A stretch of DNA of 64,000 bases from Aplysia californica (GCF_000002075.1 NW_004797415.1:848096-912095); one strand, 5' to 3'; shown: positions 13,901-27,674, counted from the first letter of the stretch. Notes: generated by a model not told the origin, from the letters alone. Program-made: numbers and translations.

Positions 13901-16724
13901 ATNNNNNNNNNNNNNNNNNNNNNNNNNNNNNNNNNNNNNNNNNNNNNNNNNNNNNNNNNNNNNNNNNNNNNNNNNNNNNNNNNNNNNNNNNNNNNNNNNN
14001 NNNNNNNNNNNNNNNNNNNNNNNNNNNNNNNNNNNNNNNNNNNNNNNNNNNNNNNNNNNNNNNNNNNNNNNNNNNNNNNNNNNNNNNNNNNNNNNNNNNN
14101 NNNNNNNNNNNNNNNNNNNNNNNNNNNNNNNNNNNNNNNNNNNNNNNNNNNNNNNNNNNNNNNNNNNNNNNNNNNNNNNNNNNNNNNNNNNNNNNNNNNN
14201 NNNNNNNNNNNNNNNNNNNNNNNNNNNNNNNNNNNNNNNNNNNNNNNNNNNNNNNNNNNNNNNNNNNNNNNNNNNNNNNNNNNNNNNNNNNNNNNNNNNN
14301 NNNNNNNNNNNNNNNNNNNNNNNNNNNNNNNNNNNNNNNNNNNNNNNNNNNNNNNNNNNNNNNNNNNNNNNNNNNNNNNNNNNNNNNNNNNNNNNNNNNN
14401 NNNNNNNNNNNNNNNNNNNNNNNNNNNNNNNNNNNNNNNNNNNNNNNNNNNNNNNNNNNNNNNNNNNNNNNNNNNNNNNNNNNNNNNNNNNNNNNNNNNN
14501 NNNNNNNNNNNNNNNNNNNNNNNNNNNNNNNNNNNNNNNNNNNNNNNNNNNNNNNNNNNNNNNNNNNNNNNNNNNNNNNNNNNNNNNNNNNNNNNNNNNN
14601 NNNNNNNNNNNNNNNNNNNNNNNNNNNNNNNNNNNNNNNNNNNNNNNNNNNNNNNNNNNNNNNNNNNNNNNNNNNNNNNNNNNNNNNNNNNNNNNNNNNN
14701 NNNNNNNNNNNNNNNNNNNNNNNNNNNNNNNNNNNNNNNNNNNNNNNNNNNNNNNNNNNNNCCGTGACCCCGAGCCGGGGAGCTCCGGCGGGCTGCTGAG
14801 TAACGCGAACTAAAAGTAACAGAATCGGGCGAAAAGTGACGCCGTGTCCAGAGCAGCAGCCTAATGGTCTCGGTGTTAATGGACGTGCTGTCTAGATCTA
14901 GAGCACTCATGACATATTTCGGACGCCCGGCCTACGATTGTGTCACTTTTCTCACTTTTCTTATTCCCCATTTCCTCCCATCTTACTCATAATTTCAAAT
15001 AACCTGCAAATCTAAGTCACAAAGTGAATTTATTTGCCTCTTTAACTCTTTCTGGACGTAGTTATTTTGGGGTCTAGACATAATTAACCTGCGGCTCGAT
15101 TTGGCTATGCAGGTGGTGTACAAAATAACTTCATAGAAGCATAACCACCCCTCAAAATGTAACATATGATATATCAAATTGAAGGAAATTGAATGAGGAA
15201 TACATCCCAATTGAAACAAAGATTAATTTTAAACATAAGTATGCATTAAGAGGGTTATAAATGGCGATGGTGATTAGAAAAATATATTTTGATGGAAAAA
15301 ATTACATTCACCAAACATGTGAAAGCAAATCAGCATAGCTGTCTTATCATATACAGGCCAAGAGCATAGTCCATAAATTTCTGAATGCACAGCTTTTTAT
15401 TTGAAATCAATATTCCAATTTTTGTTTGAGTTATGATATTTATACTGAGTCCGGCTACATCGTTTTGTTGATTCAAGACCGAAAGAACTAATTCACTCGT
15501 TTTTCCCCAAACCTATGCTTTAACAAAGTGAAACTAGATGTTTTTGTTTCCTAAATCCTTTCTGAGTTTTTCAATAGCAATAAAAAGTAATTATAAATGA
15601 CGGATCGTGTTAAAACGAAACAATACTGAGGCACCCTATCACAGCCGATATATTGGTGATACATCCACAGGGGGTGCGAACTCTCGCAGATATATCGACG
15701 ATACGTCCAGAAAGAGTTAAAGTCATTTCGATATTTACATTTTGCGAGAGCACACGGCCGCCCCCAAGCCTTGATCTATGTTTATCAATCGCTGGCAAGC
15801 CTAGCAGTAAAGTAATACTAATAGCAAATTTGGTACAAATATGCGCGTCTTTATTCCCGAATACGAATCAACACCGTGCTTGTGGCTGAAACTCTGTACA
15901 GAAAAACTAACAAGAGCCAGGTTATTATTGTGACGTACATGTACCATCATATAGGCAACCAAGAGTGGCAAATTTTGCCGACTTCCGTGACGTATATGGT
16001 AGGGCACAGCGCTAGAAATTAGGCGTTTTCATGACATACCAGGTACGTCGTAAGGCCACGAAGTGTTAACTCTTCAAATTCTTCTATTTTGCTGGAGAAA
16101 TATTATCTTCTGCGGATGTATTAATCATTGTCAGACATTGACGGACGAGCCATTATTAATATAGGTTTATTCCTTTAGAAAAATTTGTCTTGTAAAGAGT
16201 TTGTGGTTTTGTTGGAAGTGCCTTTTGACAATGTTCTTTTGAAGAGTTAATGAATTTGTTGGGCATTCCTTAAGTTATGCTTTTGTGACAATGCTCTTTT
16301 GCTAATGAAAGTTCTCCAGCTTATATGATTCTGAAACAACTGTTTTGTTGAGAGTTTTAACATTCATCGAGAGAGACTGATCACATACTATTTGATCTTT
16401 AATATTATGTTTTATCCAGCATTAAGATTTCAAGGTTTATATTCTTGGTTCAGATTTTAAGATCTTGAAATGTGAAATTATGTTTTCAACTTTTCTTCTT
16501 GTGGAAAATTAAGTTTGTTTTTGCAACAGGTACATATTTTATGACATCAAATGTTTATGAAAAATTGTTTTACCGTTGAATGTTTTTCAAGCTGCTTCAT
16601 TTTTTTTTTTTTGGTGTCTTTTATTGCAGAGAAAAGGGAGGAACATGTAAAGCAGGAGGAGACTCTCATTAATCGGAGTTCAACTCCAACACCTGTAGAG
16701 GACGGTGACCCGGTTATAGTGTAG
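4821..16724 (+). CDS. MFSD6: MFSD6-like MFS transporter, paralog A; spliced CDS join(4821-4965,5419-5604,6883-7729,10668-10857,11642-11906,12966-13142,16630-16724), 1905 nt = 634 aa
   Basis: All introns are GT-AG with compatible phases (1,1,2,0,1,1). There is an in-frame TGA at 4758 upstream of the ATG. The protein has an N-terminal NRKLLPVKGFYF motif, MFS motif A (GALADKLKRHK), WGQQRLFGTVG, PPGMSATLQGLLGGLHFGIGKGIG and a Cys-rich loop after TM3, all typical of the MFSD6 family. Confidence 0.9.
5419..5604 (+). CDS. MFSD6: MFSD6-A coding exon 2 (TM1-TM3)
   Basis: ctcctcag|CT ... ACAG|gtatat; 186 nt, same length as gene B exon 2. Confidence 0.93.
6883..7729 (+). CDS. MFSD6: MFSD6-A coding exon 3 (Cys-rich loop, TM4-6)
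   Basis: ttttacag|GA ... GT|gtaagt; 847 nt open frame. Confidence 0.93.
8410..9050. repeat. Diverged direct duplication (~8410-8695 and ~8790-9050)
   Basis: Both contain gggtttaaacgaactcaacatgttggggacatcactacaccaaat and acactgcgaa. Confidence 0.8.
10668..10857 (+). CDS. MFSD6: MFSD6-A coding exon 4
   Basis: tttccacag|A ... GAG|gtaagt; 190 nt, same as gene B. Confidence 0.93.
11642..11906 (+). CDS. MFSD6: MFSD6-A coding exon 5
   Basis: ttttttaag|GTG ... ATAG|gtttgt; 265 nt, same as gene B. Confidence 0.93.
12227..12752. mobile_element. Two neighbouring copies (12227-12406, 12569-12752) of a ~185-bp Tc1/pogo MITE; further copies at 40091-40280 and 45120-45274
   Basis: ta-CAGT...ACTG-ta ends; shared ttgtcttggacaggtgg core. 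Confidence 0.8.
12966..13142 (+). CDS. MFSD6: MFSD6-A coding exon 6
   Basis: tttgcag|GA ... CAAG|gtgggt; encodes GKGIGSLITGFMFEAIGPRWTW. Confidence 0.92.
13251..16065. mobile_element. piggyBac-like non-autonomous element(s) spanning an assembly gap
   Basis: ttaa|CCCTTTCGTTGCC ... GGCCACGAAGTG|ttaa imperfect TIR; CpG-richer interior. The two ends may belong to different elements. Confidence 0.5.
13903..14761. other. Assembly gap (others at 5886-6064, 35340-35439, 47838-47937)
   Basis: Runs of N. Confidence 1.
16630..16724 (+). CDS. MFSD6: MFSD6-A terminal coding exon 7 (EKREEHVKQEETLINRSSTPTPVEDGDPVIV*)
   Basis: ttattgcag|AG in phase 1, TAG at 16722. The coding part is 95 nt, identical in length to gene B's, and both contain QEETL[IM]N. 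Confidence 0.85.
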
Positions 16725-18909
16725 CCTTGAGTGGATGCTAACCAACATCTATGGATATGTTTTGCACATCTACCCGTTATACTTGAAGCAAAGCCGCCTT
16801 ACATTTAAATTGCATTTAAGGTCACCTTATGTGAGTCTTTTCGGTGTCTGATTTTCTGTTTTGGTGGTTAAAGAATGTTACTTCCTGGTTCATAACCTTT
16901 CCTTGTGCTGCTTTGAAGCTTAAGCTATTTTTGGCTTCGCTGGTGGGTGGTTGGATGGTACCGCTGGTTGGGCCTTTTAAATGACCCCACCTGTTCTTTC
17001 TCTCTATTGGTCTTGCTCTTTTTAAGCTCAAAATTACTGTTAATGTATCAGTGTGCTTCTCTTTACTATAAAAAAAAATGAACATATCTTAGCCTTACTC
17101 TGATCCTACCCCACTTTATAAATATTGCTTATATGTTTCCCTTTTATTCAGTGCCTGCCGGTTACTGTAACCCAAAATGTTCAACTTTGACCTGCTTTTT
17201 AGAAGGATAAGGTTTAATTTGAATGGGGTCTTTATCATAATTCTATTCTACCTTCTCAGAATATTGCCTCAGCCCGGTGTGCTAACGGGGGACCAATTAC
17301 CATGTCTTTGAAAGGTTTTACGTTGTATCCAGTTCAGAAAGGCATTAGACTTCTTCGATATCAGCATTTGACCACATTCAGCGCACAAACAGTGTGAACT
17401 GAAAAAGATAACTGTTGCTGATCTTGACCAAACCCCCCCCCCCCAGAAACATACAATAAATGCAAGATTATATCAGAATGCTTAGAGAAACATCCTTTGA
17501 GATAAGATTTTTCTGTAAAAAAATCAATAGAAATAGCATCATGATTTGATGGGAACTTTAGCGTTAGACTTTACTTTTAATGTCAAATGAAACCTAGAAT
17601 TTTGAAAAGACAAAAGATATGTCCTGTATATTGTTTGGTTGTCTCAGGTCATGCTGTGCTCTTTTCTTCTGCCTACATTTTGTTAAAAACATGAACATTT
17701 TCTGACCAGTCAGAAAGGCTTTCTGTGATGGGAAGCTGTATGTCACCTGTCCATGTTGCCTCGTGCCTTAATGGTGTCTGAAGCTTTGGCTTGGCTTAAG
17801 GCTTGCCCATTGCTGGGCTGAAGCAGAAAAAGCAGAAAGCCTGTGGAGAATATACTATACCTCGATACAAGTACAAAATTAAATGTGTGTCTGTGCATGC
17901 ATCTGGCATTATTTTAAAGGTGTTAGTGTATTTTTTAAAATAAATAAAGCTAATCATGTTTGTCTTTCAAGTTCAAAGGTGCATGAATGCACAAATGGAA
18001 AAATTTTTTTCCTTGATGTATTTGTGAGTGAATTACAATTATTATGTTGGTTTTCAGGTACAAATGTGTGTGTTTATGTGCTTGTTGCATCGTTATTTTG
18101 CATGCATTAGTTTATTTGTGAGTGGATAATGATTATTATATTACTGTTCTCGCTCCTCTCTATTGCTTTATCCCAACCTGGATTTTTTGGAGTTAATGTT
18201 TGTTTGTTTGGGGTTTTATATATAAGAAGGTGGGTAGGGAAAGGGACTGATGGGGAAGAGTAGAGAACTTGTTTTTCTTTCTTTTCTTTTTCTTCTTCTT
18301 CGTCTACTTATTTTTTATTTACTTTTTTTGTTACATTTATTTTTTAATGGGGTTTCATTAATTAGATTTAAGCTGAATCCAAGAGATACACTGGCTGTGC
18401 ACATCCACATGTTGAAATGAAGCTTTTAAATGCTCAAAATATGGTAAACTCTTCTCTGCCGGAACTGGTCTCATTGGCCATAATAGAAGCCACAAGTTAT
18501 CTTAATCTTTATTTCTTCTGTTGTCTTTAATTCAGAAATATTCCACGCTGGGAAGGCAGTGGTCATTGTCAGACATTGACAGACAAACTTATCACATATT
18601 TTAATATGTTTTGGGGTACATGAGCTTTCTGACATTTGGAATAGTACTCAAAAACATTTGACTATAAATAACATTTGTGGATATGTGAAATATTATAAGC
18701 CATGACAGAGCTTAGTCACAACTGTATTGTCTTGTGTATTCAGTGCACACAACTGTTAAGTGTTTGTTGGGGACAGATAATGTACGTGTGCATTGTACCA
18801 TTTGTAGTACTTCTTAGTACCAGCTAGAAATCAAATGATTGTATTTTAATTTGAGGTGAAGATTTTATTTTATTGTACTGTAACTTGTTGGTGTTTATAA
18901 TTCCCTTAA

Positions 18910-19646
18910 GGGAAGACCCGGGTCAGCGATCCCAGGCAATATCGATAAAAATTTTCAAACTATCCTACTTTTGTTTTTTGTGGAAAAACATCCTTTGACA
19001 TCTGTTCTATCGGGTCACAATGAAGAAACTGTTGAAAAAACACCCTAAATGACCTAAAAGGGCGTTTGAAAAGTGCAAATTGCTCTAAAAATCATTTTAA
19101 AAATCCCTGTTTTTTCTGTTTCTCTCAAAATCTATTTTTTGACATATGTAACCTCCTGGGTGCAAAGAGTTTTCAAAAACCAAATGAAGCTAAAAGCTTC
19201 AAATTTGGCGTACAGGTGGTTTAAGATTGATTCTAAGGATCTATGTAAGGGAATTTGGAAATATTGGTAACTTGTGGAAATATTCAAATTTTTTGTAATA
19301 TGTACCCCAAAATTTCGTCAACTGACTCTAGGGGGTCCAATGACTTTGGGCTCACTTTTTTAGTTTTAAAGATAGGTCAAAATCCTCACATGGATCCCCA
19401 GTTCATATAGGTTTGTACTTGTGTGCCAAATTTCAGGCTGATAATTCAATATTTACTATGAAATTCTTCTGCACTAAGAAACTGATTTGAAAATCCAAGA
19501 TGGCCGCCGCAGAGACCCATTTTTCAGAAAAATTCAACAAATTCACCCTAGTACATCCTATTTACCTATGAACTTCTTGCACAATTACATAAAAGTGAAT
19601 AAAAGTCATTCGTTTAGAAAATTTTTCCGGGAGTGTACGTCTCCCC
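18910..19646. mobile_element. Kolobok-like non-autonomous DNA transposon
   Basis: TTAA flanks; short TIR GGG(A/G)AGAC; internal ccaagatggccgcc. Confidence 0.7.
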
Positions 19647-19729
19647 TTAAGCACATTTGGTACTCTGGGTGGCAATGGGTTTATTTTTAGGTCTGACATG
19701 CTCCCTAACAGTTTGAATTTGACTTGACC

Positions 19730-19920
19730 AGCATCTGTGGTGGAGTGGTTAGTGCTAGGCTGTTGCATGCTGGAGACCTGAGTTAGATTCCCGAGTTAAG
19801 AGAGTTTTTAATCCAGTATCTTGGTCTTTCTGCTGGGATGTTGTATCCCTATCTGCTCTGGTTGGCCCTGACAGACAGGGTCGAAGTCCGCCTCATAAGT
19901 GATCGGGCCTAAAAACATCT
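19730..19920 (+). mobile_element. Old tRNA-SINE family 3 (related fragments at ~10150-10340, 11040-11110, 12070-12130, and 39125-39335 on minus)
   Basis: Degenerate A and B boxes; shared core ctgctggga...ggttggccctgacag(g)ca.ggt.gaagcagc in all copies. Confidence 0.6.
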
Positions 19921-21769
19921 ATATTTTGAAAATTTATTTCCTATTTGACACAGATGCCTCAGTATATATGATCTATTCGCACACCTGACTTCCTTTTGTT
20001 TGCTCGAGTAGAATTTAGAAAGAACCTGTACTATTTTGCTAATTGCTGGGTTTTTTTAGGCCCTCATGTTCCCCATGCGGGTGGTTGAAGTGATCTGCTC
20101 CTATTTTTTCCAAGATTTATATTCTTTTCAGCTTGTTATAGTGATATATGCAGGCATCGCTGTACTCATTTTTCGCAAACTGCATTGTTATCATGTTGAC
20201 ACCTTTATTATTTTTGTTTTCTATTTCATGAAGTTGATAATTGTTGCATCTAGTTTGTCTTTGACGGAGTAATGATGTTGTCTTGGTTTGAAAATGTTTC
20301 TTTCAGACACTTCTGTGTCCCGAGTGAGCGTAAGTCAGACATATCCATCGTCCATGACCGTAATCATTTGTTATTGCATTTAGTTTTATCTATTCACTTT
20401 CTGACACAAGACCTTTTGATTGCTTGGTTTTATGAGATGAAGGGCTGGCCATTAGTTCAAGTGGTTATAATGCTGGGCTATGGTGAGGATGACCATGGTT
20501 CAAATCTTTAATTCTTGACTTCAGATTGCCTTCAAGTAGTCAATTTTTGTTTTGTTTTGCACAATGTTTTTCACTTTTGTCCCAGGAAAATAAGTGTTAT
20601 TTGTTTTGAACACTGATGAGTTGTTTTTAGAATAAAAAAGCCCATGGAGCTAGAGTTAATTTTTTTCAGACCTCAGATTTTCTGGTGTCAGAAACTTCAC
20701 AGAGAATCTGTTTGCAGCTTTTTGCATACTAGATGTGCCATACTTTGTTATAACGGTGGTCCTCAGGAGGTTGGCAACTCTGCCCCAGCTTCCTTTTCCT
20801 ACTTTCAGTTTTATGGGTAAATAGATAATATGGAATTTTATCTCATTCATACAGAGATAGCATAAGCAGCATGGCAGCTAAACTTCTTCTCTCCTTTCTG
20901 AGTTTTGCTAGATTAAAATTTTTCTGGCAAATTATGTTTTCCTGATTTTTTCTTAGATTTATGATTTACTTTTAAATCCAGAACAACATCCTACATTCTT
21001 TTCGTTATTTAAACAGCAGGGTTGTGTGATGGAAAGTCACATTTTGTGCTGGTGTTATAAATCAGTTCTGTTACCGAAGAAATTTTGTGTATCCTAGAGC
21101 ATTGCATGGTTAAGTTTGTGGTGCATTTTTACATTTGTGTTTGTCTGTACATGTAAATTTTGTGTGTTGGTGTTATGACCCAAAATTTATGGTCCAAGAT
21201 CCCTTTTCACAACAATAAGCAGTGGTTGGAGGGCACCCCTGGTAAGGCCTCCTCTTACTCTTTCCCTCTACTGCTCCTGTCCGTCTATCTTGTTTCTGTC
21301 TGCATGAAATGACCATTAGTCTCTTTTGTTGATGTGCTTCTTTTTATTCTAATAAACAACTCCTCTCTCACAGTGTGAGATTGATTGTAAAATTGGTTAA
21401 ATACTTTGTTTAGTATGTTTTCAAGGGCTGTAGTTTTTTCGTCTGACCCCCCCCTCCCCCCCCCACCCCCCCCCACCCCCCAATATTTCTTTCAGCCCTT
21501 TTTTGGTATGGTTCTCTTCTTCAGATAAGAGGCTGACTTATATTGAGGGCTGAGTGATGGTTGATGTTGTATCTTTTTATGGTGCTTTCGCTTATGTTTC
21601 ATTAGTGGGCACCAGATGCATGTCAGGAAAAGACAGACCTTTTAGACATGATTTTAATTAAAAAGCAAATATATTTTTGTTCTCAATTCTGACTGTTGTT
21701 TTTATTGATTTTAAATATGTTTAGAGAATCAAATAATACTGAATTTGTGAGAACACTTGTGTGATATTT

Positions 21770-22090
21770 TGTTGTCATGATTTTTGCTTTCATGACAAAG
21801 TGAAATGAACATTTTTGAAATACTATTCATTCTTATTGTAAATGCTAGTCTTGACCTTCATGACAGTCACAAGGAGGATGAAAAGAAAAGTATCCATGCT
21901 TGTTGTTTATGCATGTTCTCAACTTTCATGACAAAGTCACAAAGGAAATTTAAAAAAAAAGTATTCATGCTTGTTCTAATACATGCCCTTCACCTTCATG
22001 ACAAAAAGAACAAAACATTTAAAAGATAGTTTTCATACTTATGGTAAATGCCTCAACTGCCTGTCCTTGAACTTCAGGACAAAGTCAAGG
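21770..22090. repeat. Degenerate ~60-bp tandem repeat (ttcatgacaaag...tattcatgcttg)
   Basis: About 5 recurrences of cttcatgacaaag. Confidence 0.65.
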
Positions 22091-22885
22091 GAAGTATAGT
22101 ACCTTTTTTTTGTCCAAGTGGAAATGATTTCTTTTCTGGTAGCCTACCTTAGAGTTAATGCTCTGACCGTTTTACCTCTTTTCTGTCAGTTTCTCCACAG
22201 TCCTTCCACGTCAATTTTAGAGTTTCTCAGTAACACTTTTTTTTTTCATTACTCAATGTGTTACATTGTACTCAAATTTAGCAACTTCTTTTGAAGACGG
22301 TGTTGTGTTTTGTTGTTTCATTTTATTTTGGTGCTCTTGCACCTCTCTCTGTTGGGGGAAATTCTGATTTTCAGTTGTGACAATTTTTTTTTCTTGTCTT
22401 GTATTTCGTTGGTGTTTGTGTATAAACTGACATATTTTGACATTCAAAGTGAACATATTTACCAATGACTAATCCAAGAACCTAATAGGCCTACTATATG
22501 CCATGTTTGGGTAGGCCTATAGTTTTTCCTGTGAGCAAAAGAAAAGGGCTGGAAAAGCTCTTCAGTTTCTTTACCGGTATTTTTCCTTAAACTTAAAGTT
22601 TCCCAGAACAGAATTAAATGGGAAGTAAGATATTTGGCATGAGGCATTTTTATGTTTGCTTATTTAAACATTTTTTTTTACATATATAGATACATGTATA
22701 TATATGAAATGTATCAATAGAGTCTCACATTACAATTTGCTTATAGAGTTCTTACAAAATTTTTACGAAACAAAAGATTGCTAAGATGATAAAAGTGTCT
22801 GTAATTTTAATTATATGATTAATTGCAAATTCTATTGTCATAGCAACAGTTGACAAAGTATATACCCTGTTACTTCATTGACATA

Positions 22886-23673
22886 CAGTCCATGCCGGCT
22901 TTAAGCACGGTCATCGGGAGAAAGCTTAAGGGTGCTTAAAGCCAAAGCGTGCTTAAGTGCGAAGTAGACATAATCCAGAGATTTTCATGTAGAAAATTCC
23001 CCGTGCTATTTCCCTTTGTTTGTAAGTAGGCCTATAGCGGTCCCGCAAAAGTGTGCACTGTTATTTTTACCCGCCATGGTAGTTTTTGTTCGCTTGTTTG
23101 TTTTTGTTTTGTGGTCGAATGGGAAATGAAAACTTAATTTAGACGGCCAGTCACGATACAGCACACTAGGCCTACTGTAACACACTGCCCGTGCATAGCA
23201 CTGCCCGCTGTGCCACTCATACCACCGCCTTCATCCCACCTCGTGCGTGCTACACAATCAGGATTAATGGATAGCGAGGGTCAAAGGAGAAATCGCAGCC
23301 AGCCTCCCTTTCTCGTCTCCCCGACTCTCTTTGTATTTTTTGGGGGTCGTGTGTAGCTTTGCCCTAGGCCTAGGCTAGATCCTATGTCCGCGCGCACGGC
23401 TGTGTGCATCTCTCTGCCTTCCTCTCCGCCCATGTGAGTGTGTGTGTCCATCACTCGCGTTCTTTGTGTTTCTCTTAACATACTCCACTGCTGCGGTGTA
23501 AACTGTGTTCGAACTTCGATGGGTCATCATGAAAATATGTCTAGCGTGCTTGAAGCTGAAGTTACCGTGCTTAAAGGCGTGTAGTTATATAGCAAAAATT
23601 CGGTAAGAGCCGTTTAGCGTGCTTGAGTCCGAAACGTGCTTAAGGCCGGCGTGCTTAAAGCCGGCACGGACTG
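22886..23673. mobile_element. Tc1/mariner-pogo type MITE
   Basis: TIR CAGTCC(A/G)TGCCGGCTTTAAGCACG; TA TSD on both sides. Confidence 0.9.
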
Positions 23674-24404
23674 TACTTTAATTTTCAGCCAGTGTCATGT
23701 TTCTAAAAATACTTTCCTCTTGTCATTTGAACTTTACATGTGTGGCGTTCTTGTAGTGGTACTCAATTTTGAATTCATTATGATCTTAAACATTTTATTT
23801 CTGGAAGAAATATAACTTTGTAGAAATGTTGTTTTTTAAATTTAAGTCTGTGTTGATGTTTATGTTTACGAAGGTCGTGTGATGGGATTCAGACTTTTTG
23901 TTTTCTTATTTTAAAATTTGCTAGTTTATCATATAATATGCTGAGGAAATCGAACAGGACAAAGTGATTGATTATATTTCAACCATTAATTCCTACTCAC
24001 TGTTTCTGTTAAAACAGTTTTACTCTGTTGTGTAATGCAAAAGAGGAGTTGATTGATTTATCCACAAAAGTGATATTAGTACTAGTACTGTTAAGTATCA
24101 TGTACAAAAATTAGATACCATGTTTTTTTTGTGTGTTTACTTTAAATAGCTGCAAAAAACGAGTGCTGAGAAATTCTGGCCCTGAGAATGAGATTTCAAC
24201 GGTGCCTGTAATGGTATAATACTTTGGGGCCCTTTTTTTCTTTTTTATCTGGAGGAATGGAGTATGCCCAAGCCAATAGTTTTTGTTTATCAGTTATCTC
24301 ACATTTTGTTCTTCAATTGACTATTCCATTCTCTTAATCATTTAACATGTGAGTGTTAATTTTGTTTGTTCATTCAAAGACATTCAGATGTCCTGACAAA
24401 AGTA

Positions 24405-25214
24405 CAGTCAAACCTGTGTAAGACGGCCACCCATTGTCAAGGAGAAAAGTGGCCGTATAAGACAGGTGGCCATCTTAGGCAGGACTGATCAAGATGAAAA
24501 AAACAAACCTTTTCCATCTGAGGTCCCAATCGAAAGTAGCCGCATTGTTGTTGTTGGTTTGTATTTTGTTTGTAATTTTTATTTTGTTGCTGATTTTGCA
24601 CAAAGGTGACAATAAAACGAAATGTAGCAGACGAGGAAGACCGAGTGCCATGTTAAAACAAACACATGGGTCGCCACCACTCGGAGAACAAGCGACGCTT
24701 CTATCACAAGTTCATGTTGACGTCCATTGTTACTTTATTATTGACTGGGTAAACAGTGACTACTCATCTCACTTACAATTTGTGTATGAGTTCTGGGCGG
24801 GGCTTATGGGTTATGAGGGATCACACGCTTACCTCACCAGCAGCTGAAAATTTGTGTTACCTATTGGTCAACAGTGGGAAGGGCCTACGCAACATGATCG
24901 GTTGGAGGGACTACCTAACATTACTAACAACAACGACAGGTGATTGAATTAAGACGGCTCGCTCACAACGCCAGGGGCCAATGCACAATTTATGACAAAA
25001 CGTAGAGGAGTCACTAAGGTGGCCATCTAAGACAGGTGTTATTGCTTAGTGTGATAGGGGTTGTGAGTTAAATTATGGTGGCCGCGGCCGCGTTACACAG
25101 GTGCCCGTTTTACACAGTTAAATTATATAGAAAAAACGCAAGGGGGGAAATGGAAAGTGGCCGTTTGTACAGGTGGCCGTCTTATAGAGGTGGCCGTCAG
25201 GGCAGGTTTGACTG
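24405..25214. mobile_element. Tc1/pogo type MITE, intact copy
   Basis: TIR CAGTCAAACCTG with internal (ACAGGTGGCC) subrepeats; TA TSD. Confidence 0.9.
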
Positions 25215-27674
25215 TATTAAAATAGTTTATTTATTTATTTGTTGTGCCTTTTTTTTCTTTGGACATTGAGTTTTAAGTGTATAGGACAAGTTTATTAATT
25301 TCTTAGTTTTTCCCAAATAACTCTTGTTTTTCGGGTGAGCAAATCATGTGACATTTGCTCTCAGCACCCTGTTCTTGCATCAGGCTGTTGTTTTGTTTCT
25401 TAAATATCATCTCGAACTCAGTTTCTACAATTTTTTTTCAGCGCAAGCTTCTACTAGTTCTAGTTTCTCTCTGTATTGCAGAAAACCAGGAGCCGAATGA
25501 AAAAGATTAAAAAATTATTGCTGTTGGGGATGCATTTTGTTTTATTTTGAGTCAGGGATGAACATAATTGTTTTTCTTTTGAAAATCTTATCTTGTGTCA
25601 TATTTCTCCAGCCAGCTGAGCAGATGTACCAAAGTTCAGAATTAAAAATTTTTTTTTGTTATTGCAGTTTCTTAATTAATCTGTGGTATAGGTTGCATGT
25701 GCTTGAGAAATATTTTGTCAAAATTCAAATGCTAAAATTTGAAAAAAGCAAGAAGAGATATATGATCATAATATTGGTATAATTTTTAGTAAAATGTTAG
25801 TTTTTTTGTCTTTCCTGAAAAATTTCGCTTTCTTGACTTAGAGCAATTGAACAGCTTACTGATGATTTGGGTTTTTAAAATTATTTTGCCTGTGGTGTTA
25901 ACTGAGTAGATGTGATGATAAGATAAAATGTGTTTTGGAATCAGGCGCTCATCAATTTTTAGGCATATGGGGTTATTGGTATCACCTTAAAGCTTGTTTA
26001 TTTGTCTTCCTTTTGGTGAAAAAAAATCCATCTATGTTGAAAAGTAATTGAAATATTTGCGATTGAAGATGAGGATCACCTGGTTTCAAAGGTAAAATTA
26101 TCGAGAAAATGGCCGCCAAAGTTTAGTAACTTCCATAGCCTGAGAGTCCTTGGAAACTGAAGAATTACATTTTTTGTGCCTTTAATCAGTTTTTCAGTAA
26201 AATCCACACAAAAATGTGGTTTATAAAGGTGTTGAGCCAAAAAAAGAAAATAAGAAAAAAATTGCCCATCGGCCCCCAAAAATTCTGATTTCTTTTATTT
26301 CCTTATTGGATGAGCGCCTGAATTCACCACGATACCTCACATGTGATTTTGTACTATACGACTTCTTTTTTACATGTTCTTTCACCTGTATTGTTTTTAA
26401 AAACTCAGACTTACCTATTGTTTGTGATCATTTTTCTAAATGTTGTATGAGCATTTTTAGTGGACTTGGTATTCTGTGGTAACATTATGCTGTGTGTTCA
26501 GTGCTGTGTTTGTTCAACTTTTAAAGTACAGGTTACTTTTCATTTGGTAGTCTTGCTCGGAAATCTCTTTTTAGTTGATCGTCACTGTGTTGTGCCATTT
26601 GGACAATTATAGCCACACATCTAAGCCATACCACATGTTGACAATGTTCTAAATTACAGGTGGTAATTGGGGGGGGGGGGGTGTCTTCATGCACCATTTC
26701 CTGTCCTGTGTTTTATCAAATATTTTTTTTAGCAGTATGGATGGACAGCGGAACGAAACTTTGTGAGGGGATAAGGGATGGCCTCATGATGATTCTTGTT
26801 TAAAAAGAAAAAGGTGGGATTTAAGCCTTCTTCGTCTTATGAGTGTCCCTTTGTAACTATCCTTTTTATGTGGCATTCCATGGCTATGAATGTTTACCTG
26901 TGGTGAGAGGGGGAAGATGGAGGGTGTTGTAACTGGTAGGTCCTGCTTCCTTCCTTGCTCTCTGATATTTCTGTTTGTGTGTCTATCTTTTCCCTGCAGT
27001 AAATGGATGTTATTGTGTGTGGATGTGCCTTTCTTAACTCCTACTGTTTTCCTGTGATTGCACAGTGCCAATTCAAGGGCCTCCTATGAACTTCCCTTCT
27101 CTGTCATTCCTTCCATGTTACATTCCAGTGTTTAGGAGCTGTAGGTCACCATTGAACAGAAGCCATTGATTTTCTTATCTTGTTAGCCTTAGTTATCAAA
27201 CAGAACCTTAACTCGCAATGTTGCTCCAGGGCGGTGTGTGTTCCACGTTCACTTTTTGAGTCTCCCAATATCATACATGTTTGGCCTTTGATTTCCAATG
27301 CAGTAGTTCCCCTTTTTTGTAAACATTTTGCAAACTGAATTAAGGGATTTCCTTATAAATCACGGAAATCAGAAATTCAAGTAGCGTACTAAATTAATGA
27401 GGTATACAGTAAATGTCACATGACTGGGGAAATTGGAGAGGCTGGGCTGATTGTTTTATGTTATTTCAGCCTTTACCTTGTGGCCACTATTTCTTTTAGA
27501 ATAGTTTTACTCTTTTTGGGTAAAGCATAAGATAAATTGAGTGGAATAGGTTTTTTTTGGTTGTTTTTTTAAAAGTGAGAGCGTCAGGTTCTGACGACTA
27601 TTTCTTTTAGAATAGCTATAGTTTGGTAGTTGAAGGCATGAGAGGAGGTGATTGAGATGATGTATTCAATACTA

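Noticed and set aside
13818-14910. Long ORFs (303-346 aa) in the ORF track
   Set aside because: Artefacts of translating through N gaps. The same applies at 5675-6247, 35285-35560 and 47801-48002.
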